DNA of 32,000 nucleotides from Gammaproteobacteria bacterium (GTDB lineage Bacteria; Pseudomonadota; Gammaproteobacteria; JBIOEC01): NCBI GenBank assembly GCA_965279305.1, contig OZ257143.1, positions 1,320,001 to 1,352,000 of the forward strand, read 5' to 3'. Shown piece by piece: positions 25,720 to 32,000 of this stretch (position 1 is its first letter; each line of letters starts with the position of its first letter). The notes under the pieces were generated by a model. It saw only the letters and a program-made list of their open reading frames with translations, ran no database searches and was not told where the DNA came from. The position numbers and the translations under genes were made by a program.

Positions 25720-27150
25720 ATGAACGTTCGGACACGCTTTGCTCCTAGTCCTACGGGATATTTACATTTAGGCGGTGCGCGTACTGCATTATTTTCTTGG
25801 GTTTTTGCACGCCAACAAAAAGGCGATTTTATTTTACGTATTGAAGATACCGATACGGAGCGCTCTACACAAGAATCCGTGGATATTATTTTAGAAGCCA
25901 TGGATTGGTTAGGGCTTAATTACGATGAAGGTCCTTTCTATCAAACACAACGCATTCCTCACTATCAAGCTGCTGTTAAAAAATTATTAGATGATGGATA
26001 TGCTTATCGTTGTTATTGCAGTAAAGAGCGTTTAGCGGAATTGCGCGATAAACAAATAGCGAATAAAGAAAAACCTCGTTACGATGGTCATTGTCGCCCT
26101 GAAAATGTAAAAGGGAATAAACCTGTCGATCCGAATGCACCGTTTGTTATTCGTTTAATGAATCCTACTGAAGGTGTAGTGGAATTCAATGATTTGATCC
26201 ATGGTCCTATTGTAGTAGCTAATAGCGAATTAGATGATTTAATTTTACAGCGTGCAGATGGCATGCCTACGTATAATTTAACCGTAGTGGTGGATGATTG
26301 GGAAATGAAAATTACGCATGTGATCCGCGGTGATGATCATATTAATAATACGCCACGCCAAATTAATATTTTAAAAGCCTTAGGTGCCCCTTTGCCTCAT
26401 TATGCGCATGTGCCTATGATTTTAGCGGCCGATGGACAGCGTTTATCTAAGCGTCATGGTGCGGTGAATATTTTACATTATCGTGATGCGGGATATTTAC
26501 CCGAAGCGATGTTAAATTATTTAGCACGTTTAGGCTGGTCTTTGGGGGATCAAGAAATATTTACGGTAGAAGAATTAGTACAAAAATTTGATTTGAAAAA
26601 AGTGAATAAAGCTGCCGCAGCGTTTGATCCGGAAAAATTATTGTGGGTGAATCAGCAGCATATTAAAAATAGCAGCCCTGAAAAATTAGCAGGTTTGCTA
26701 AAGCCTTATTTAGAAAAAGAATTAGAGGCTTATTCGGTCGATTTAAGCGGTGGTCCTGCATTAGAAGAAGTGGTGAAAGTGCAAAAAGACCGATATAAAA
26801 CCTTATTAGATATGGCTAAAGGCAGCTTGTTTTGGTATCAAGATCAAGTGGCTTATTTGCCTGAAGCCGCGGAGCAATGGTTAACACGTGATAGTTTGCC
26901 TGTTTTAGAAGCAGTAGAAACTATGTTGAGTTCTTTAAGCGATTGGCTGCCAGAAGCTATTCATTTAGAACTTAATACTATAAAAGATACTTTAAATATT
27001 AAGTTTCCCCAATTAGCTCAGCCTTTACGTGTAGCTGTGGCGGGCAATACGAGTTCTCCTTCTATTGATGCTACTTTATATTTATTAGGAAAAGAGCGTG
27101 CTTTGAAGCGTATTCATGGCGCTCAAGAATGGATAAAAGGAAGGCCTTAA
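25720..27150 (+). CDS. gltX: glutamate--tRNA ligase
   Basis: Class I signatures are 'RFAPSPTGYLHLGGARTALF' (HIGH-type) and 'RLSKRHG' (KMSKS-type). 'IEDTD.ERS' and the length (476 aa) are typical of GltX. Confidence 0.95.
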   Translation: MNVRTRFAPSPTGYLHLGGARTALFSWVFARQQKGDFILRIEDTDTERSTQESVDIILEAMDWLGLNYDEGPFYQTQRIPHYQAAVKKLLDDGYAYRCYCSKERLAELRDKQIANKEKPRYDGHCRPENVKGNKPVDPNAPFVIRLMNPTEGVVEFNDLIHGPIVVANSELDDLILQRADGMPTYNLTVVVDDWEMKITHVIRGDDHINNTPRQINILKALGAPLPHYAHVPMILAADGQRLSKRHGAVNILHYRDAGYLPEAMLNYLARLGWSLGDQEIFTVEELVQKFDLKKVNKAAAAFDPEKLLWVNQQHIKNSSPEKLAGLLKPYLEKELEAYSVDLSGGPALEEVVKVQKDRYKTLLDMAKGSLFWYQDQVAYLPEAAEQWLTRDSLPVLEAVETMLSSLSDWLPEAIHLELNTIKDTLNIKFPQLAQPLRVAVAGNTSSPSIDATLYLLGKERALKRIHGAQEWIKGRP

Positions 27151-27151
27151 T

Positions 27152-28250
27152 ATGATGGAACTGAATCCTTTGCGAGAGTTATTAAATGATTTATCCGAGC
27201 GTACGCAGGCGTTTCGGAGGTATCTTTGACTTCGACTTAAAAAAAGAACGATTACAAGAAGTCATACGCGAATTAGAGCAGCCTAATGTGTGGAGCAACC
27301 AAGAAAAAGCTCAATCGTTAGGCAAAGAAAAAGTGGCTTTAGAAAAAATAGTCACCGGTATTGAAGAGTTAGAGCAAAGTATTGCTGATGGTAAAGCGGG
27401 TTTAGAGCTGGTTGTTGAAACTCAAGATCCACAGCTTTTAGCCGATGTAGAAAACGACGTTCAAAAAATTGTAGGGCGCGTAGAAGCATTAGAGTTTCAG
27501 CGCATGTTTTCAAAGCCTATGGATAGCCATTCAGCTTTCGTTGATATTCAATCGGGTTCTGGCGGAACAGAAGCACAAGATTGGGCAGAAATGCTATTGC
27601 GTATGTATTTACGTTGGATTGAATCAAAAGGGTTTGAGGCCGAGTTATTAGAAGCGTCAGCTGGTGATGTGGCAGGCATTAAAAGTGCTACCATTCATGT
27701 AAAAGGCGACTATGCTTATGGGTGGCTGCGCACAGAAACAGGCGTGCATCGTTTGGTGCGAAAATCACCGTTTGATTCGGGTAATCGCAGGCATACCTCT
27801 TTTGCATCGGTATTTGTATCGCCTGAAATTACAGATGATATAGATATTGAGGTGAACCCAGCCGATTTAAGAATTGATACGTATCGTGCTAGTGGTGCCG
27901 GTGGCCAACATGTAAACCGTACGGATTCAGCGGTGCGTATTACCCATGTTCCTACGGGTATTGTGGTTCAGTGTCAAAGTGATCGATCTCAGCATAAAAA
28001 TCGCGCGCAAGCGATGTCGCAATTGCGTGCAAAATTATATGAATTAGAGCAGCAAAAACGCCGAGCAGAGCATCAGCAGTTAGAGGAAAGTAAATTAGAA
28101 ATTACCTGGGGCTCTCAAATTCGGTCTTATGTGTTAGATGATTCCCGTATTAAAGATTTACGCACTGGTGTTGAAACTGGAAATACTCAAGGAGTATTGG
28201 ACGGGGATTTAGATAAATTTATTGAAGCAAGTTTAAAAGCAGGTCTTTAA
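27152..28250 (+). CDS. prfB: peptide chain release factor 2, requiring a programmed +1 frameshift
   Basis: Frame 0 (ATG 27152) encodes [25 protein letters not shown] and then hits TGA at 27227-27229. The +1 frame continues [12 protein letters not shown]... into the 27186-28250 ORF. The body carries 'SGAGGQHVN' (GGQ) and the 'SPF' motif ('RKSPFDS'). The ATG at 27186 in the ORF track is not the real start. Confidence 0.9.
27216..27230 (+). promoter_or_regulatory. prfB +1 frameshift cassette (internal SD-like GGAGG, then TAT CTT TGA C)
   Basis: The sequence 'GGAGGTATCTTTGAC' is read directly. It has the same architecture as the E. coli prfB site (AGGGGGTATCTTTGAC). Confidence 0.9.
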
Positions 28251-28257
28251 GGAACGT

Positions 28258-29757
28258 ATGATGGAAAACAATGAAAATCAGATATTCGACGAAAATGAGC
28301 AGTTGCAAATTCGTAGACAAAAATTAAATGAACTGCGCGAAAAGGGTAATCCTTTTCCTAATGATTTCGTTCCTACTGATAATTCTTTAGCGGTTATCAA
28401 TGAATACAATAAATTATCTACTGAAGAATTAAACGCTACTACTATTCAAGTGAAAATAGCGGGTCGTATTATGACTCGTAGGTTAATGGGTAAAGCCAGC
28501 TTTGCGAATATTCAAGATCGTACCGGTAATATTCAAATTTATGTGAAAGCGGATGAAATTGGTGGCGAGTCTTATGATGAATTTAAACGCTGGGATATCG
28601 GCGATATTATTGGATTAACTGGTCGTTTATTTAGAACAAAAACGGGTGAACTTAGTGTACATGTAGAGCAAATGCGCTTAATTACTAAAACTTTGCGCCC
28701 ATTGCCTGATAAATGGCATGGTTTAGTGGATCCTGAAAAACGTTATCGTCAACGTTATGTGGATTTAATTTGTAGCGCTAGCACTCGCGATATTTTTATT
28801 AAACGTTCTTATACAGTTTCATTAATTCGTCACTTTCTAAACGATCTTGAGTTTTTAGAAGTAGAAACACCTATGATGCAAGTATTAGCAGGCGGCGCTG
28901 CCGCTAAGCCTTTTACTACTCATCATAATGCACTCGATATGACTTTGTATTTGCGTGTGGCACCAGAGCTTTATTTAAAACGCTTAATTGTAGGTGGTTT
29001 TGAGCGGGTATTTGAAATTAATAGAAATTTCCGCAATGAAGGGGTTTCTACACGTCATAATCCTGAATTTACGATGCTGGAATTTTATCAAGCGTATGCG
29101 GATTATCATCAGGGGATGGATGTAACTGAAGAGCTGATCCGTTATGTGGTTCAAAATGTATGTGGTGGGTTGGTCATTAATTATCAAGGTAATGAATTAG
29201 ATTTTTCCAAGCCTTTTAAACGTTTAAGTTTGCCTGAAGCGGTTTTAGAATATAATTCTGATTTAAGCGAAGCCGATGTGATTGATAAAGATGTGTTAAC
29301 GAGTTACGCTAAAAAATTGGGTATTCCGGTTACTGCTGATTGGGGAATAGGTAAAATTCAATTAGAGATTTTTGATAAAACCGGTGAGCATCAATTAATA
29401 GCACCTACTTTTATTACGGCTTATCCAACTGAAGTGTCGCCTTTAGCCCGTGCTAGCGATAAAAACCCTAATGTGACGGATCGCTTTGAGTTGTTTATTG
29501 GTGGACGTGAGTTAGCGAATGGTTTTAGCGAGTTAAACGATCCGGATGATCAAGCGTCTCGTTTTCGTCAGCAGATGGAAGCTAAAAAAGCGGGCGATGA
29601 AGAAACGATGCCTTACGACGAAGATTATATTAATGCCTTGGAGTATGGTATGCCGCCTACTTGTGGGGTGGGAATTGGGATTGATCGTTTGGTGATGTTG
29701 GTGACGGATGCGCCTTCTATTAGGGAAGTGATTTTGTTTCCTCATATGCGCTCGTAA
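28258..29757 (+). CDS. lysS: lysine--tRNA ligase (class II)
   Basis: It has the N-terminal OB-fold region '[23 protein letters not shown]', the class II motifs '[20 protein letters not shown]' and '[12 protein letters not shown]', and the prfB-lysS adjacency common in gammaproteobacteria. Confidence 0.95.
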   Translation: MMENNENQIFDENEQLQIRRQKLNELREKGNPFPNDFVPTDNSLAVINEYNKLSTEELNATTIQVKIAGRIMTRRLMGKASFANIQDRTGNIQIYVKADEIGGESYDEFKRWDIGDIIGLTGRLFRTKTGELSVHVEQMRLITKTLRPLPDKWHGLVDPEKRYRQRYVDLICSASTRDIFIKRSYTVSLIRHFLNDLEFLEVETPMMQVLAGGAAAKPFTTHHNALDMTLYLRVAPELYLKRLIVGGFERVFEINRNFRNEGVSTRHNPEFTMLEFYQAYADYHQGMDVTEELIRYVVQNVCGGLVINYQGNELDFSKPFKRLSLPEAVLEYNSDLSEADVIDKDVLTSYAKKLGIPVTADWGIGKIQLEIFDKTGEHQLIAPTFITAYPTEVSPLARASDKNPNVTDRFELFIGGRELANGFSELNDPDDQASRFRQQMEAKKAGDEETMPYDEDYINALEYGMPPTCGVGIGIDRLVMLVTDAPSIREVILFPHMRS

Positions 29758-29803
29758 GATAAACTTAATTATGTTAGATTAACGGATTAATTGAGAGTTA
29801 TAT

Positions 29804-30607
29804 ATGCCTCATTCCGACAATATTGTTAGTGTTAGAAATGTGTCTTTTGAGCGGGGCGATCGTCATATTTTTTCTGATCTTACTCTTAGTATTCCCACTG
29901 GAAAAGTCACTGCTATTTTAGGGCCTAGCGGAACGGGTAAAACTACGTTGTTGCGCTTGGTGGGTGGTTTACTTGAGCCTTCTAGGGGCGAAGTAATAGT
30001 TAAAGGGAAAAATATTAATCGTATTTCTCGCCCTGAGCTCATGAAGCTTCGTATGAGCATGGGCATGTTATTTCAGGCTAGCGCCTTGTTCACCGATCTT
30101 TCTGTATTTGATAATGTGGCTTTTCCTTTACGCATGCATACCAATCTAACCGAAACCATGATTCGAGATGTAGTCTTGATGAAATTACAGGCTGTAGGTT
30201 TGAGAGGCGCACAACATTTAATGCCGGCAGAATTGTCTGGTGGTATGACCAGAAGAGTGGCACTTGCACGAGCGATTGCATTAGATCCGGAAATGGTGAT
30301 GTATGACGAACCTTTTACAGGGCAAGATCCTATTGCTATGGGCGTATTGGTTCGTTTGATTAGCGCTTTAAATAAATTTTTAGGAATTACGTCTATTATT
30401 ATTTCACACGATGTTAAAGAAACGCTCAGCATTGCGGATTATGCTTATGTGGTAGCGCATGGACGTGTGATTGGTCAGGGAACACCAGAAGAGTTATATG
30501 CGCAAACTCAACCGGAGATCCAGCAATTTATTCAAGGGATCGCGGATGGGCCAGTGCCTTTTCATTATCCAGCAACTGATTTGAAAAAAGATTTTGAGTT
30601 AGGATAA
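29804..30607 (+). CDS. mlaF: ABC transporter ATP-binding protein, MlaF-like
   Basis: It has Walker A 'GPSGTGKTT', signature 'LSGGMTRR' and Walker B 'MVMYDEP'. MlaE- and MlaD-like genes follow it. Confidence 0.85.
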   Translation: MPHSDNIVSVRNVSFERGDRHIFSDLTLSIPTGKVTAILGPSGTGKTTLLRLVGGLLEPSRGEVIVKGKNINRISRPELMKLRMSMGMLFQASALFTDLSVFDNVAFPLRMHTNLTETMIRDVVLMKLQAVGLRGAQHLMPAELSGGMTRRVALARAIALDPEMVMYDEPFTGQDPIAMGVLVRLISALNKFLGITSIIISHDVKETLSIADYAYVVAHGRVIGQGTPEELYAQTQPEIQQFIQGIADGPVPFHYPATDLKKDFELG

Positions 30608-30609
30608 TT

Positions 30610-31398
30610 ATGTTCAATTTTAATACATTGATAGAATCGATCAGACAGGTAGGTAGGAAAGTACTGCACTTCTTACATGAATGCGGTGCTGCCGGCATAT
30701 TATTAGGCGCTACTTTAATTCGTTTACCAAAATTTTCTTTATTAATTAAACAGCTATTTAATGTGGGTGTTTTATCCTTTCCTATTATTGGTTGTGCCGC
30801 ATTATTTGTGGGAATGGTAATAGGTTTGCAAGGTTATACTACGTTAACCGGTTTTGGTGCTGAACAAGCGGTAGGGCAATTAGTGGCACTTAGCTTGGTA
30901 AGAGAGTTAGGTCCTGTGATGGGTGCTTTATTATTTGCAGGGCGCGCGGGATCATCGTTAACAGCAGAATTAGGCTTAATGCGCACCACAGAGCAACTCG
31001 ATAGCTTAGAAATGATTGGTGTCGATTCGGTTAAATATGTTATTTCGCCGCGTTTTTGGGCAGGCTTTATTTCTTTACCTATTTTGGTGTTGATGTTTAA
31101 TGCTATCGGAATATTAGGTGGATTTTTAGTGGCCGTAGAATGGTTAGGCGTGGATGCAGGCCCTTTTTGGGGTAATATGCAGGCGTCTGTTGATTTTGTG
31201 GATGACACCATTAATGGTGTTATCAAAAGCGTGGTGTTTGCTTTTCTTATTTGTTGGATTGCCGTGTATCAAGGTTATGTGGCACCACCTACTGCAGAAG
31301 GCATTGGTTATGCCACCACACGCACCGTAGTATATTCATCGTTAGCGATTTTAGGCGCTGACTTTATGTTAACCGCATTGATGTTTGGAGGATTATAA
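30610..31398 (+). CDS. mlaE: ABC transporter permease, MlaE-like
   Basis: This is a polytopic membrane protein of 262 aa. 'LVRELGPVMGALLFAGRAGSSLTAELGLMRTTEQLDSLEMIGVD' is typical of the MlaE/Ttg2B family. Confidence 0.85.
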   Translation: MFNFNTLIESIRQVGRKVLHFLHECGAAGILLGATLIRLPKFSLLIKQLFNVGVLSFPIIGCAALFVGMVIGLQGYTTLTGFGAEQAVGQLVALSLVRELGPVMGALLFAGRAGSSLTAELGLMRTTEQLDSLEMIGVDSVKYVISPRFWAGFISLPILVLMFNAIGILGGFLVAVEWLGVDAGPFWGNMQASVDFVDDTINGVIKSVVFAFLICWIAVYQGYVAPPTAEGIGYATTRTVVYSSLAILGADFMLTALMFGGL

Positions 31399-31880
31399 TG
31401 AGACAACGTCCTATTGTTGAAATTTGGGTAGGGTTATTTGTAGTGGCCGGTATCGTTGCTTTAATGGTGCTAGCATTGCAAGTGAGTGGTTTGATGGATT
31501 TTTATAAAGTGACTCCAGAATATAAAGTGACAGCCGCTTTCGGTAATATTTCTGGTTTAAAATCTCGCGCTCGGGTTTCTATTTCAGGCGTAAATGTGGG
31601 TAAGGTCGAAAGTATACATTTAGATCCTAATACTTATAATGCGATAGTCACTTTGAATATTGATGAAACCGTAAAATTACCTACCGATACGGTAGCGAGT
31701 ATTTATACGTCTGGTTTAATTGGCGATAATTATATTGCTCTATCTCCGGGTGGCAGCGAAGATTATTTACAAGAAGGGGATGAAATCATTGAAACCCAAA
31801 ATGGTTTAGTGCTAGAAGAATTAATTGGTAAGTTTTTATTTTCTGTAACAGATGATAGCAAAGATGAGGAGACATTATGA
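31398..31880 (+). CDS. mlaD: MCE-domain substrate-binding protein, MlaD-like
   Basis: It has an N-terminal membrane anchor, then the MCE core 'VSISGVNVGKVESIHLDP..YNAIVTLNID'. Its start overlaps the mlaE stop (ATAATG). Confidence 0.8.
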   Translation: MRQRPIVEIWVGLFVVAGIVALMVLALQVSGLMDFYKVTPEYKVTAAFGNISGLKSRARVSISGVNVGKVESIHLDPNTYNAIVTLNIDETVKLPTDTVASIYTSGLIGDNYIALSPGGSEDYLQEGDEIIETQNGLVLEELIGKFLFSVTDDSKDEETL

Positions 31881-32000
31881 GATTAGCTTTAAGAAATATA
31901 GTAGGGGCTTTAATGGTATTAGTCATGTCGGCTGCTTATGCAGCAGATGATCCGGCTGTGACTATGTTAAAGCAAGTGAGCGATGAAATGACTAGCACAT
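31877..32000 (+). CDS. mlaC: periplasmic MlaC-like protein, 5' fragment (runs off the window)
   Basis: Its ATG at 31877 overlaps the mlaD stop (ATGA). A signal peptide 'MRLALRNIVGALMVLVMSAAYA|ADD' is present. The call rests mainly on position in the operon. Confidence 0.55.
   Translation, partial: MRLALRNIVGALMVLVMSAAYAADDPAVTMLKQVSDEMTST

Noticed and set aside
27186-28250. The ORF-track model of RF2 starting at ATG 27186
   Set aside because: It is replaced by the frameshifted model 27152-28250. The first ~14 codons of the track ORF ([14 protein letters not shown]) are out-of-frame read-through upstream of the CTT TGA C shift site.
1-32000. Short antisense or shadow ORFs from the six-frame track (for example 74-337, 3589-3921, 4214-4414, 5629-5859, 5992-6267, 7450-7716, 9167-9364, 10494-10676, 13767-14003, 14248-14454, 14465-14695, 16484-16723, 17614-17799, 20039-20287, 20736-20981, 22171-22440, 25292-25510, 25377-25568, 25686-25901, 28984-29187, 29533-29745, 29863-30066, 30073-30432, 30090-30281, 30834-31226)
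   Set aside because: Each is nested inside, or opposite, a longer ORF with clear domain evidence or better coding character. Their products are low-complexity or hydrophobic nonsense typical of AT-rich frames.
1-32000. CRISPR arrays, rRNA genes, integrases and complete IS elements
   Set aside because: I looked for regularly spaced direct repeats, rRNA-like conserved stretches and recombinase motifs and found none. The only RNA gene I can support is the tRNA-Arg.

Overview
This is an AT-rich gammaproteobacterial window. Its gene content looks Legionellales-like (Sel1-repeat giant, J-domain giant, PAS-LuxR regulators), but that assignment is inference only. A tRNA-Arg(CCU) gene at 24862-24934 (minus strand) splits the window. 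To its right (24992-32000) is ordinary core housekeeping: trhO/yceA-like rhodanese, gltX, prfB with its programmed +1 frameshift, lysS, and mlaF-mlaE-mlaD-mlaC (mlaC runs off the edge). To its left (1-24610) is about 24.6 kb of accessory-looking DNA in four parts. (i) A small HTH gene plus a LuxR gene, and orphan ORFs. (ii) A mini NRPS locus: a GrsA/TycA-like single module A-T-E, a translationally coupled thioesterase, and a divergently transcribed, very divergent SAH-hydrolase-fold protein. No condensation domain is present anywhere in the window. (iii) A regulatory cluster: a soluble PAS-PAS hybrid histidine kinase, a CheY-like response regulator and a PAS-LuxR regulator. The latter two carry a duplicated ~119-nt upstream block. 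A secreted protein with a permuted-papain (YiiX/C92-like) motif lies between them. (iv) A tightly packed five-gene minus-strand unit: a 172-aa orphan; a 1631-aa protein with an N-terminal J domain, a GC-rich Pro/Ala linker and a C-terminal TNT/ART-like domain; a 105-aa orphan; a 1236-aa Sel1-repeat protein built from four ~234-aa super-repeats; and a 240-aa membrane protein. Unit (iv) is my best candidate for an undescribed system (effector/antidote or toxin/immunity with chaperone hijacking). The orphan A-T-E+TE locus is second. No CRISPR array, IS element, integrase or rRNA was seen. All domain calls come from motif reading by eye; no searches were run.
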